Assembly (NCBI GenBank): GCA_046598935.1
Contig: JBKJHW010000071.1
Location: 1-58,904, forward strand
DNA from: Vicinamibacterales bacterium
Lineage (GTDB): Bacteria > Acidobacteriota > Vicinamibacteria > Vicinamibacterales > SCN-69-37
Length of the DNA stretch: 58,904 nt
Direction of reading: 5' to 3'
Part shown: one piece after another, positions 38,310 through 47,385 of the stretch
How the letters are laid out: every line of letters begins with the position of its first letter
How positions within the stretch are numbered: the first letter of the stretch is position 1
Made by a program: the position numbers and the translations under genes
Notes under the pieces: model-generated
The model's database searches: none
Told to the model about the DNA's origin: nothing
The model's input: the letters and a program-made list of their open reading frames with translations, nothing else

Positions 38310-38807
38310 ATGGCCACTGCTCCTAAGCCGCGTAAACGCGCGGTCGCTCGTCCGAAGAAAGCGCAAGTCAAAACCGCCACCCCGCGTCGCAAGACCAAGC
38401 TCAAGTCATCGAAAATTGGGAAAACGCCGAAGGCGCCCAAAGCGCCGCGCACAGCGGCCGTCCGCGTGCCGGCTGATGTGATGGCGGCCGTGCAGGGCGC
38501 GCTCGACAAGAAGGCGGAGAAACTGGAGCTGCTCGATTTGCGCGACGGCCTCGCGTTTACCGACTTCTTCATCATCTGCACCGGCAACAACGTCCGGCAG
38601 GTGCAGGCGATCGCCGATGGCATCCAGGAATCGCTGAGAGAGAACGGCGTGCGGCCGGCCCTCGTCGAGGGCTACAACCGCGCCGAGTGGATCCTTCTCG
38701 ACTACTTCGACTTCATCGTCCACATCTTTACGCCCGCGAAGCGCGACTTCTACGCGCTCGAGCGCCTCTGGGGCGACGCCAAGCGCGTTGAAGTTTCTGC
38801 AACATAG
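38310..38807 (+). CDS. rsfS: Ribosome silencing factor RsfS with Lys/Pro-rich N-terminal extension
   Basis: ..DLRD...FTDFFIICTG.N.RQVQAIAD.I......EG.....W.LLDY.D.IVHIF....R.FY.LE.LW. Confidence 0.85.
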   Translation: MATAPKPRKRAVARPKKAQVKTATPRRKTKLKSSKIGKTPKAPKAPRTAAVRVPADVMAAVQGALDKKAEKLELLDLRDGLAFTDFFIICTGNNVRQVQAIADGIQESLRENGVRPALVEGYNRAEWILLDYFDFIVHIFTPAKRDFYALERLWGDAKRVEVSAT

Positions 38808-38855
38808 ACATCGGGTGTCGTTCTTAGAAAGTGCGTACAAAACGACACCCGTGTC
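38807..38855 (+). terminator. Long hairpin GACATCGGGTGTCGTT ... AACGACACCCG-TGTC directly after the rsfS stop; same arm sequences as the terminator at 2309..2363
   Basis: The arms are complementary with one bulge and share 16-mers with 2318-2333 / 2341-2356. The downstream U-tract is weak (GTTGTT). Confidence 0.45.
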
Positions 38856-38905
38856 GTTGTTCCCTCTGAGATAGATATGGCAAACCGCTTGCACTGAGTG
38901 CGTCC

Positions 38906-39628
38906 GTGCTCACGGCCGCCGCAAACTCAGTGGTTCGTACGCTTCTGGCGCCATGCTGCGCGGCGTGCGACAGACCTCTCGACAATCCCCTCTCCGGAGC
39001 CGTGTGCTCGACCTGCTGGCAACAGTGGCCGATGCTCACGCCGCCCAGAGATGGCGGCACACTGGTCGAGATGATTCGCAGCGCCGGCGTCTACGACGCT
39101 TCGCTGCGCCACATGATTCACGCGCTGAAATATCGGAAGCGGCGAATGATCGCGCCGCTGCTGGCGCGCCGGATCCTTGGCGAGTGCCGCGACGCCCTCG
39201 AAGCCGCGGATGCCGTGGTGCCGATTCCGACGCACTGGATTCGGCTGTGGGAGCGGGGCTTCAACCAGGCCGACGACATCGCGATGCACCTCGAGCTGCC
39301 TGTGTGGCGCGCGCTCCGGCGCCGGCGCCACGGACCGCCGCAGGCGAGCCTGCCTGCGGCGCGCCGGCACGGCAACGCGAGCGGAGCCTACGCACTGGCC
39401 CTCCCCGAGGTATTGCGAGGCTTCCGCCATCGTTCGCGCTTGCGAGGCGCGAACATCGTTCTTGTGGATGATGTGGTGACGACCGGCGCGACGCTTGAGG
39501 CGTGCGCTCAGGTCCTGCTGACGGCGGGCGCCGCACGAGTCACGGCTGTGACGGCCGCACGAGCCGTGGCAGAACGGCAGCTTCAACCGCCGCTTGCACC
39601 GCGTCTTTCTCTAGTTCGCCGTCGATGA
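38906..39628 (+). CDS. comF: ComF-family phosphoribosyltransferase-domain protein
   Basis: N-terminal CCAACD...CSTCW zinc-finger-like motif, PRTase motif IVLVDDVVTTGATL. GTG start. The 3' end overlaps tmk convergently. Confidence 0.75.
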   Translation: MLTAAANSVVRTLLAPCCAACDRPLDNPLSGAVCSTCWQQWPMLTPPRDGGTLVEMIRSAGVYDASLRHMIHALKYRKRRMIAPLLARRILGECRDALEAADAVVPIPTHWIRLWERGFNQADDIAMHLELPVWRALRRRRHGPPQASLPAARRHGNASGAYALALPEVLRGFRHRSRLRGANIVLVDDVVTTGATLEACAQVLLTAGAARVTAVTAARAVAERQLQPPLAPRLSLVRRR

Positions 39629-40133
39629 GCACCCAGCCCAGCTGTTGGGCCTGGCTGCAATAACTCTCCCGCACGCGCGCGAGGAGCGACAGGTCGCGCT
39701 CGTAACGGTCGCGGCCGGTCTTTTTTCGGGCCACGGCCGTCTCCGGCGCGATGTCGAGCAGCACCGTGATGTCTGCGACCGGCAGCGGTTTCTGAATCTC
39801 GTCGAGCCACTCGCGATTGAGCCCCTGCGCTTCGCCGTAGGCGATGCTCGACGCGCGATAGCGGTCGCAGACAACGTCGGCGCCGGCGGCGATCCACGAA
39901 TCCAGGCGCGGTTTGTACTCGAATCGATTCGCCACATAGAGCAGCTGCATGACGTCCGGCCCGAACTCGCGTTCGCCTTTGAGCGCGGCCGCGATCTCTG
40001 TACCGATCGGTGTGTTGTAATCCGGAAACGACACCGCGTGGACCTTCCGGCCCTCCTGGGAAATCCGCGCGCGCATGTGGCGCGCCTGCGTCTCCTTGCC
40101 GCTCTGGTCGAGCCCCTCAAAAGCGATGAGCAT
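39540..40133 (-). CDS. tmk: Thymidylate kinase
   Basis: MLIAFEGLDQSGKETQ P-loop, DRY motif (CDRYRASSIAYG). Confidence 0.85.
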   Translation of the reverse strand: MLIAFEGLDQSGKETQARHMRARISQEGRKVHAVSFPDYNTPIGTEIAAALKGEREFGPDVMQLLYVANRFEYKPRLDSWIAAGADVVCDRYRASSIAYGEAQGLNREWLDEIQKPLPVADITVLLDIAPETAVARKKTGRDRYERDLSLLARVRESYCSQAQQLGWVLIDGELEKDAVQAAVEAAVLPRLVRPSQP

Positions 40134-41348
40134 CTATATGTCCCACTGAAAAAGATCATCGATGGTCTGGCGGCGACGGATCAACGTACCGTCCATCACT
40201 TCTGCCGCAACCGGCCGTCGATTGTAATTCGAAGACATCACCGATCCATAGGCGCCCGCATCCTTCACGACGAGCAGGTCGCCGACTTCAACGGGCGGCA
40301 AACGGCGAGCTGAACCGAGTGTGTCTGTGGTCTCGCACACGGGCCCGACGACGTCACAGAGGCGATCGGCGCCCGCGCGCGGGCTCACGGCCGAAATCTC
40401 GTGGTAGGCGCCGTACAGCGCCGGCCGCAGGAGATCGGTCATGCCGGCATCGGCGATGACAAACCACCGCTTCTCACCGGTCGTCGGCTCCGCGGACTGC
40501 TCTTTCAGATCGACGACACGGGTGAGCAACGCGCCCGCAGGCCCGATAATCCAGCGGCCCGGCTCGAGGACGAGCGTGAGCCCGGTCTCGCGAATCGGCG
40601 GCAGGATCGCGTCGATGTATTCGCGCGGGGAAACCACTGTCTCGCCGGTCCTGTACGGAATTCCGAGGCCGCCGCCGACGTCGAGATGCTCCAGTTTCAC
40701 GCCGTCGGCGATCAGTTCTTTCGCCAGGCCGGCCATCGCGGTGACCGCACGCGCCAACGGCGACGCCTTGGTGATCTGCGAGCCGATGTGCACGTGCAGC
40801 CCGACGACGTGTAGCGACGCGTGCTTGCCGATCTCGTGCGCGAGCGCGCGCGCGGCGTCGATCGACATGCCGAACTTGTTCGTGCGAAGTCCCGTGGAGA
40901 TGTGCGGATGGCTTTCAGCGTCGACGTCCGGGTTGATCCTGATCGCGACGCGCGCCACCGTGCCCGCGTCGCGGGCGATCGCAGCGATGCGTTCCACTTC
41001 ACCCGGCGATTCCGCGTTGATGGCTTTGACGCCGAGCGTCACGGCGCGCTGCAGCTCGGCCGTGGACTTGCCCACGCCCGTGAAGACAATCTCCTTCGGG
41101 GCAAATCCCGCGCGCAGCGCGACTTCGATTTCGCCGCCGGAGTTCGCATCGGCGCGCGCGCCGCACTCGCGCATCAACCGGACGATGGCGAGCGTCGCGT
41201 TGGCCTTGATTGCGTAGTGAATGTCGTGCGCATAGCCGCCGCAGGCATCGGCGAGGGCCTTGTAACGAGTGCCGATCATCGCGGCGTCGTACACATAGAG
41301 CGGCGTGCCGAACTCCGCGGCCATTGCGCTGAGTTGCTCAGACGTCAT
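40134..41348 (-). CDS. lysA: Diaminopimelate decarboxylase
   Basis: FGTPLYVYD..., PLP lysine YAIKAN, ..HVHIGSQ.., EPGR. Start set at MTSEQLS (41348). The stop abuts the tmk ATG. Confidence 0.9.
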   Translation of the reverse strand: MTSEQLSAMAAEFGTPLYVYDAAMIGTRYKALADACGGYAHDIHYAIKANATLAIVRLMRECGARADANSGGEIEVALRAGFAPKEIVFTGVGKSTAELQRAVTLGVKAINAESPGEVERIAAIARDAGTVARVAIRINPDVDAESHPHISTGLRTNKFGMSIDAARALAHEIGKHASLHVVGLHVHIGSQITKASPLARAVTAMAGLAKELIADGVKLEHLDVGGGLGIPYRTGETVVSPREYIDAILPPIRETGLTLVLEPGRWIIGPAGALLTRVVDLKEQSAEPTTGEKRWFVIADAGMTDLLRPALYGAYHEISAVSPRAGADRLCDVVGPVCETTDTLGSARRLPPVEVGDLLVVKDAGAYGSVMSSNYNRRPVAAEVMDGTLIRRRQTIDDLFQWDI

Positions 41349-41379
41349 TTCTGCCTCGGGCCCGTCACAGGACTGACGA

Positions 41380-42027
41380 TTGTACTCTGCTATGATTTCG
41401 CGAGTGGCGGACCTGGCCGACGCGAACAAAATCGACGAAGTCATCGAGCGTTGCCTCAAGGGCGATCAAGTCGCCTGGGGCATCATCGTCGATCGCCACC
41501 GCCGCAAGGTGTTCAACCTTGCGTATAGATTCGTGGGTCGCCACGACGAAGCCGAAGACCTGACGCAGGACATCTTCGTCAAGATCTTCAAAGCGCTGCA
41601 CACGTTCGACCGCCGCGCGAACTTTCAGACGTGGCTCATCAGCATCAGCCGCAATCTGTGCATCGATCACTACCGCAGCGTGCGCAAGGAGCGCGCGACG
41701 ATGGCGCGCGATGTCGACGCCTCTGAGCTGACGCCGGCCTCGCGGGAGCGCGGCCCTCTGGCGCAACTCGAGCAGTCGGATTTGAAGGAGATCATCCGCC
41801 GCGCGATGGCCGAGCTGCCCGACGCGCTGCGGGTGGCCGTGACGCTGCGCGACCTCCAGGAATATTCGTATCAGGAAATTGCCGACCAGCTGCATCTGCC
41901 GGAAGGCACCGTGAAATCGCGAATCAATCGCGGGCGCATCGAACTGGCACGTCAGATCCGTCGCATCCATGAAAGCGCGCCAGCCGCACAACTGCTGGCC
42001 AAACACGCCCGCGGAGGCATCGCATGA
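41380..42027 (+). CDS. ECF-type sigma-70 family factor
   Basis: DLTQDIFVKIFKAL..FQTWLISISRNLCIDHYR and SYQEIADQLHLPEGTVKSRINRGR. The true start is possibly ATG at 41392. Confidence 0.8.
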   Translation: MYSAMISRVADLADANKIDEVIERCLKGDQVAWGIIVDRHRRKVFNLAYRFVGRHDEAEDLTQDIFVKIFKALHTFDRRANFQTWLISISRNLCIDHYRSVRKERATMARDVDASELTPASRERGPLAQLEQSDLKEIIRRAMAELPDALRVAVTLRDLQEYSYQEIADQLHLPEGTVKSRINRGRIELARQIRRIHESAPAAQLLAKHARGGIA

Positions 42028-42365
42028 ACGTCACCACTACAGAGATCAACGGCATTTCGGTCGTGCGGGTCAGCGAAGCAAAGCTGACCTACCCGATCCT
42101 CACCGACTTCGTGACCGCGGTCACCCATCTCGTCGAGACCGGCAACAAGCGGATCGTCGTCAACCTGGAGAACGTTTCGTACGTCGACAGCGCGACCATC
42201 GGCTGCCTGATGGACCTCTACCGCCAGGCCAGCGCGGGCGGCGGCGCCCTTAAGCTCGCCGGCGTGCAGAAGCGCGTGGAGACGATGCTGACGATGACGG
42301 GGGCGCATAACTTTCTCGAAGTCCACGCCGATCAGGCGTCGGCTGTCGCGAGCTTCGGAGCGTAG
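42024..42365 (+). CDS. STAS-domain protein (anti-sigma-factor antagonist, SpoIIAA/RsbV-like)
   Basis: ..RIVVNLENVSYVDSATIGCLM.. with the conserved DS.. phospho-serine context. ATGA overlap with the sigma gene. Confidence 0.8.
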   Translation: MNVTTTEINGISVVRVSEAKLTYPILTDFVTAVTHLVETGNKRIVVNLENVSYVDSATIGCLMDLYRQASAGGGALKLAGVQKRVETMLTMTGAHNFLEVHADQASAVASFGA

Positions 42366-42367
42366 AT

Positions 42368-42646
42368 ATGGCCCGGACAATCACGACATCCGCCGGCACT
42401 GCGATCGAGCTCGATGGCGACGTCCTCGCCGTGCTCGAAACGATCTCGCGGGATCTCACGAGAAAGAGCGAGCTCGACTACGGCTTCGAAGAAGTCGATC
42501 ACGAGTTCCAGCAATTGGTCGCGCAGATGACGCCCGACGAGCTGAAGGCATATTTGAAAGAAAGCCTGTTCATGAGCTTCAACCGATTCGAGAACGAGCG
42601 GCTGGCGTCGGTGGTGAAGAAGGCCGGACGGGCGAAAGAAGAGTAA
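42368..42646 (+). CDS. Small acidic helical protein, function unknown
   Basis: 92 aa, no motif recognised. Lies 2 nt after the STAS stop. Confidence 0.35.
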   Translation: MARTITTSAGTAIELDGDVLAVLETISRDLTRKSELDYGFEEVDHEFQQLVAQMTPDELKAYLKESLFMSFNRFENERLASVVKKAGRAKEE

Positions 42647-42658
42647 GAAGAGTACGAC

Positions 42659-43057
42659 CTAGTACTTCAGCACTTCGAGCGACGGAACGCGCCGAAACTC
42701 GGTGACGTTGCGCGTCACCACCGGCATGTCATTCGCCAATGCCGTGGCAGCAATCCACAGATCATTCGCACCAATCAGCTTGCCGTTGTCCCGAAGATGG
42801 CGATACGCGCGACCGTAGTGCCAGCAGACGTCAGGCGTTGAGAGCAGAACGAAAAACGGGCCGAGAAACGACTCCCATCGGGCGCGATCCCTCATGGATT
42901 TTCCGGCCGCTATTTCGCCAGCGACCGCGAAGGAAATGTAGAACCGGTCGTCGGGATGGGCCTCGAGAAACTCAATGGCGCCGCCGGCCTTCCCGCGACG
43001 CTCCTCACGTTCCAGGTCCACGAGAAACGTCGTTTCGAGAATTAGCGGCTGGCCCAT
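42659..43057 (-). CDS. vapC: PIN-domain ribonuclease toxin VapC
   Basis: 132 aa with conserved acidic positions (..FLVD.., ..ANDLWIAATA..) and C-terminal T.N..EF. Overlaps the upstream antitoxin by 16 nt. Confidence 0.8.
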   Translation of the reverse strand: MGQPLILETTFLVDLEREERRGKAGGAIEFLEAHPDDRFYISFAVAGEIAAGKSMRDRARWESFLGPFFVLLSTPDVCWHYGRAYRHLRDNGKLIGANDLWIAATALANDMPVVTRNVTEFRRVPSLEVLKY

Positions 43058-43287
43058 TTGTCTACCGGCGGCTTGTCATTCCTTTTCAAGTCTTCAATGT
43101 TGGCGATGTCATCCGCGGTGAGGCGCGCACCGGACTTCAAACGGGCGAGCAACTGTCGACCCGTGACGGTGTCCTCCGGCCACGTGGCTCGCAACACAAC
43201 CTCGCTGAACGACTCAGCTGGGTAGCGACGCGCGCTGCGCAACCGGTCGTAGGCCTCGTCCTTCAATGAGATGGTCTTGACTCCCAT
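43042..43287 (-). CDS. vapB: VapB-type antitoxin (MGVKTISLKDEAYDRL... type)
   Basis: Start chosen at ATG 43287 rather than track TTG 43323. The N-terminus KTISLKDEAYDRLRS resembles small ribbon-type antitoxins. Confidence 0.6.
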   Translation of the reverse strand: MGVKTISLKDEAYDRLRSARRYPAESFSEVVLRATWPEDTVTGRQLLARLKSGARLTADDIANIEDLKRNDKPPVDKWASR

Positions 43288-43293
43288 GCATGC

Positions 43294-43323
43294 ACTATGC
43301 ACATCGCACAGACCTGCCGTCAA
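43294..43323 (-). promoter_or_regulatory. Sigma-70-type promoter for a leaderless vapBC mRNA: TTGACG (43323-43318), 18 nt, CATAGT (43299-43294), 6 nt, A of ATG; spacer carries three tandem heptads (CTGTGCG|ATGTGCA|TAGTGCA on the minus strand)
   Basis: Read directly. There is no SD between the promoter and the ATG. The -10 spans -12..-7 relative to the ATG. Confidence 0.45.
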
Positions 43324-43372
43324 GCGGTTCTTGCGGGCCGGTTGCGATAGCGACTACACCAACACACCACGA

Positions 43373-43398
43373 CTTGCGGGAGGAGGAGGTCCCACAAG
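43373..43398 (-). terminator. Hairpin CTTGCGGGA-GGAGGAGG-TCCCACAAG downstream of lpxC
   Basis: 9-bp stem (one G-U in the RNA sense). GU-rich flanks rather than a clean U-tract. Confidence 0.4.
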
Positions 43399-43423
43399 CC
43401 GGAGTGTTGTTACCTTACGAGGG

Positions 43424-44311
43424 TTAGTTTGCTGTAGCAGGAACGCGCTGGCCGGCAGGCACGGGCGCGTCAACCAAAGTCCAGGAATCGGTGTTCTTCA
43501 GCAGTTCAGCCGCAAGCTCCGTATGGAGCGCGTGACCGCCGCGCTGCACCGACACGTGGCCGAGGATCTGGTGGCCAACGAGCGCCAGGTCGCCGATCGC
43601 GTCGAGCATCTTGTGGCGGACAAACTCGTCTTCGAAGCGAAGCGGGTTCAACACGCCGGTCTCACCAAGCACCACGGCGTTGTCGAGCGAGCCGCCGAGC
43701 GCGAGACCGCGCTGACGAAGCATTTCCACTTCCTTCAAAAATCCGAACGTGCGCGCCGGCGCGATTTCGTTGATGAAGGCCGTCTCGGTGATATCGAGCG
43801 TCTTTTTCTGCGAGCGCAGCATCGGATGGTCGAACGCAATCGCGTACGTCACCTTGAAGTTGTCCGCCGGGAAAATCGAAATGCTCTTGTCGCCCTTCTC
43901 CACCGTCACGGCGCGCGTAATACGCATCACCTTGCGGGGAGCCGCGAGTTCCTTCACGCCGGCTTCCTGGATCAGGTAGACCCACGGCGCAGCGCTGCCG
44001 TCCATGATCGGCACTTCAGCCTGGTTCAGCTCGACGATGACGTTGTCAATGCCGAGACCGCGGAGCGCGGAAAGCAGATGCTCGACCGTGTCCACCGACG
44101 CTGCGCCGTTGATCAGCGAGGTCTGGAGAACCTGTTTCGGACCGAGATGTTCGAGCGTTGCCGGAATTTCGACGCCAAGGTCGGCACGCAAGAACCGGAT
44201 ACCGGTGTCAGCGGGGGCCGGCTTGAGCCCGAGAGAAACTTTGAGTCCTGAGTGGAGACCAATCCCTGTGCAGCTGATGCTTCGGCGAATCGTACGCTGG
44301 TGGCTGGTCAT
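43424..44311 (-). CDS. lpxC: UDP-3-O-acyl-N-acetylglucosamine deacetylase
   Basis: ..RTIRRSISCTGIGLHSG..V.L.L.PAP.DTGI.F.R.. and the HKMLDAIGDL motif. Confidence 0.95.
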   Translation of the reverse strand: MTSHQRTIRRSISCTGIGLHSGLKVSLGLKPAPADTGIRFLRADLGVEIPATLEHLGPKQVLQTSLINGAASVDTVEHLLSALRGLGIDNVIVELNQAEVPIMDGSAAPWVYLIQEAGVKELAAPRKVMRITRAVTVEKGDKSISIFPADNFKVTYAIAFDHPMLRSQKKTLDITETAFINEIAPARTFGFLKEVEMLRQRGLALGGSLDNAVVLGETGVLNPLRFEDEFVRHKMLDAIGDLALVGHQILGHVSVQRGGHALHTELAAELLKNTDSWTLVDAPVPAGQRVPATAN

Positions 44312-44430
44312 TTGGGCAGTTGCATCGGTGACTTAAGCAAGCGGCGGGCCATGTTTGTTACTACCGGCCAGCTTAGTAGTAAATGCGTTGATCTGATTGA
44401 TAACAAACGACTTATCCATTATCTATCATG

Positions 44431-44485
44431 TAAAAATATTGGCGCCGTTCCGGAGCCGTGGCTCGTAAGCCACAGCCGCAACGGC
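44431..44485 (-). terminator. uvrA intrinsic terminator: extended hairpin (44444..44485) followed on the minus strand by AAUAUUUUUA
   Basis: Inner stem GGCTGTGGCT/AGCCACGGCT and outer GCCGTT/AACGGC. T-rich tract at 44431-40. Confidence 0.6.
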
Positions 44486-44514
44486 GATTCTTGTGTCGCA
44501 ACAGCCACAGATCG

Positions 44515-47373
44515 TCAAGAAACTGCCGCCTGAGTGCGGCCGCCGGAACCGTCGAGCATGGGGGCGAGAAACATGCCGGTGGCCGAGTCCTTGGCCTTGG
44601 CAACCGTTTCAGGCGGACCAGCCGCGACCACTTTGCCGCCGCCCACGCCGCCCTCGGGTCCCAGGTCGATGACCCAGTCCGCGCATTTGATGACGTCGAG
44701 GTTGTGCTCGATGACGACGACCGTGTTGCCTTGATCGACGAGGCGATTGATGACGTCGAGGAGCTTGTGGACGTCTTCGAAGTGCAGGCCGGTCGTCGGC
44801 TCGTCGAGGATGTACAGCGTGCGGCCGGTGCCGCGGCGCGACAGTTCGCGGCCGAGCTTGACTCGCTGCGCCTCGCCGCCCGACAGCGTCGTCGCCGACT
44901 GGCCGAGCTTGATGTAACCGAGGCCGACGCTCTGCAGCGTCCGGAGCTTCGTCGCGATCGGCGGAAAGTTTTCGACGAGCGGAAGCGCCTGATCGACCGT
45001 CATGTCGAGCAGTTCGGCGACGGACTTGCCGCGGTATTTCACGTCGAGCGTTTCGCGGTTGTAGCGTCGGCCCTTGCACTCTTCGCACGTCACGTAGACG
45101 TTCGGGAGGAAGTGCATTTCGATCGCGATGACGCCGTCACCCTGGCACGTTTCGCAGCGGCCGCCTTTGACGTTGAACGAGAAGCGGCCGGGCTTGTAGC
45201 CGCGCGCGCGCGATTCGGGCAGCATGGCAAAAAATTCACGAATGAAAGTGAAGAGGCCCGTGTAGGTTGCGGGATTCGATCGCGGCGTGCGGCCGATCGG
45301 CGACTGGTCGATCTGAATGACCTTGTCGATCAGCTCAACGCCTTCGATTCGGTCATGGGCACCAGGTTCATCAATAGCGCGATAGAGCGTTTTTGCAAGA
45401 GAGCGATAGAGGATCTCATTCACCAGCGTCGACTTGCCGGATCCGCTGACGCCGGTGACGGCGATGAGCGAGCCGAGCGGAAACGCGACGTCGATGTTCT
45501 TGAGATTGTTCGAGCGCGCGCCCTTCACGAGGAGCTGGCCGCGCGTGGATGTGCGGCGCGTCTCCGGCATCGCGATTGACCGCGCCCCCGTGAGGAACTG
45601 ACCCGTAAGCGATTCGCCCGGATTCGAAAGGAGTTTCTGCGGTTCGCCCTGGAAAATCACATGACCGCCGTGTTCGCCGGCGCCGGGACCGAGGTCGATC
45701 AGGTAATCGGCGGTGCGGATCGTTTCTTCGTCGTGCTCGACGACAAGCACGGTGTTGCCGAGATTGCGCAGTTTCGCGAGCGTGCCGAGCAGGCGGCGGT
45801 TGTCCCGCTGATGCAGTCCGATCGATGGCTCGTCGAGCACGTACAAGACGCCGGTCAATTGAGACCCGATCTGAGTCGCGAGGCGGATGCGCTGGCCCTC
45901 GCCGCCCGACAGCGTCGCGGCGCTGCGCGAAAGCGTGAGGTAGCCGACGCCGACGTCATTCAGGAAACGCAGGCGCTCGCGGATCTCTTTGAGCACGCGG
46001 CCGGCGATGAGATGCTCGCGCTCCGTGAGCTCGAGCGATTCGAAGATCGGCACGACGTCCGCGATCGGCTGATCGACGTAATCCGACATCCGCCGCCCTT
46101 TGAGGCGCACGGCGCGGCTCTCGCCTTTCAGGCGCTCCCCATGACACGTCGTGCACGGCCGCAGCGCCCGCAGCGGCTCGAGCGCCTCCTGGTCGGTCCA
46201 CGAACCGTTCTCGAAACGTTTGCGCAGATTCGGAAGGATGCCTTCGAAGTCCGCGCCATACGGATCTTTGGCGGCCTTACTTTTGCCTTTTGCCTTCTGA
46301 TTTTTGACTTTCCCCTGCCCCGGCCCGAAGAGAAGGATGTCGCGCTGCTTCTTCGGAAGCTTGCTGAATGGCACCGACGGGTCGATGCCGAATGTTTTCT
46401 GGAGACCGCTCAGCGCTTCAGCGAGGAAATCGGAATCGCCTTTCGCCCACGGCGCGATCGCGCCTTCCGCGAGCGACTTCGATTCATCCGGCACGATGCG
46501 CGCCGGATCGAAATCGTAGACGGCGCCGAGGCCCTGGCAATCCGGGCACGCGCCGTGCGGCGAGTTGAAGGAGAACGCGCGCGGCGTCATTTCCGGGATG
46601 CTGATGCCGCAATCCGGGCACGCCATCTTGCGCGAGAACAGCCGATCGCCCGAGTCGAGCGTGTTGACGACGACGATGTCGTCGGCGAGCTTCAGCGCCA
46701 ACTCAACCGCATCACTGAGCCGCTTCTCAATCCCGGATCGGATAATCAGCCGGTCCACCAGCACATCGATCGAGTGATTCTTCCGCCGGTCCAGCTTGAT
46801 GTCTTCATCGAGCGCGCGAAACTCGCCGTCGATGCGGGCCCGCGTGAACCCGCGCGCGCGGAATGCCGCCAGCTCTTTCTTGAACTCACCCTTGCGGCCG
46901 CGCACGACCGGCGCGAGCACATTGATGCGCGCGTCGTGCGGATAGAGCATCACCATGTCGATGATGCGTTCGAGCGACTGCGACGAAATTGCGCGATCGC
47001 AGCTCGGGCAGTGCGGCACGCCGATGTTGGAGAAAAGTAACCGGAGGTAATCGTAGACCTCGGTCACGGTGCCGACGGTCGAGCGCGGATTGGATCCAGT
47101 GGTCTTCTGCTCGATGGAAATCGCGGGCGAGAGGCCCTCGATCAGGTCGACGTCGGGCTTCTCCATCTGCTCGAGAAACTGACGGGCGTAGGCGGAGAGC
47201 GACTCGACGTACCGCCGCTGACCTTCCGCGTAAATCGTGTCGAACGCGAGCGACGACTTGCCGGATCCCGAGAGCCCGGTCACGACGACGAGGCGGTTGC
47301 GCGGGATGTCCACATCGACGTTCCGAAGGTTGTGGACGCGGGCGCCGCGTACGCTGATCCAGTTCGAGCTCAT
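44515..47373 (-). CDS. uvrA: Excinuclease ABC subunit A
   Basis: [55 protein letters not shown]..., two ABC modules and zinc fingers. Confidence 0.97.
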   Translation of the reverse strand: MSSNWISVRGARVHNLRNVDVDIPRNRLVVVTGLSGSGKSSLAFDTIYAEGQRRYVESLSAYARQFLEQMEKPDVDLIEGLSPAISIEQKTTGSNPRSTVGTVTEVYDYLRLLFSNIGVPHCPSCDRAISSQSLERIIDMVMLYPHDARINVLAPVVRGRKGEFKKELAAFRARGFTRARIDGEFRALDEDIKLDRRKNHSIDVLVDRLIIRSGIEKRLSDAVELALKLADDIVVVNTLDSGDRLFSRKMACPDCGISIPEMTPRAFSFNSPHGACPDCQGLGAVYDFDPARIVPDESKSLAEGAIAPWAKGDSDFLAEALSGLQKTFGIDPSVPFSKLPKKQRDILLFGPGQGKVKNQKAKGKSKAAKDPYGADFEGILPNLRKRFENGSWTDQEALEPLRALRPCTTCHGERLKGESRAVRLKGRRMSDYVDQPIADVVPIFESLELTEREHLIAGRVLKEIRERLRFLNDVGVGYLTLSRSAATLSGGEGQRIRLATQIGSQLTGVLYVLDEPSIGLHQRDNRRLLGTLAKLRNLGNTVLVVEHDEETIRTADYLIDLGPGAGEHGGHVIFQGEPQKLLSNPGESLTGQFLTGARSIAMPETRRTSTRGQLLVKGARSNNLKNIDVAFPLGSLIAVTGVSGSGKSTLVNEILYRSLAKTLYRAIDEPGAHDRIEGVELIDKVIQIDQSPIGRTPRSNPATYTGLFTFIREFFAMLPESRARGYKPGRFSFNVKGGRCETCQGDGVIAIEMHFLPNVYVTCEECKGRRYNRETLDVKYRGKSVAELLDMTVDQALPLVENFPPIATKLRTLQSVGLGYIKLGQSATTLSGGEAQRVKLGRELSRRGTGRTLYILDEPTTGLHFEDVHKLLDVINRLVDQGNTVVVIEHNLDVIKCADWVIDLGPEGGVGGGKVVAAGPPETVAKAKDSATGMFLAPMLDGSGGRTQAAVS
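46281..46308. repeat. 28-nt module of four tandem heptads TTTTGCC|TTTTGCC|TTCTGAT|TTTTGAC inside uvrA
   Basis: Read directly; encodes ..[11 protein letters not shown]... Same heptad set as xerC 28820..28847, circularly permuted. Confidence 0.7.
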
Positions 47374-47385
47374 GGCAATCCCTGA

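Noticed and set aside
44385-44440. AT-rich island between lpxC and uvrA as a possible sRNA gene or foreign insert.
   Set aside because: It is best explained as the T-tract of the uvrA terminator plus the lpxC promoter region. Several -10-like hexamers (GATAAT) are present, but no convincing -35/-10 pair or independent terminator for a separate RNA.
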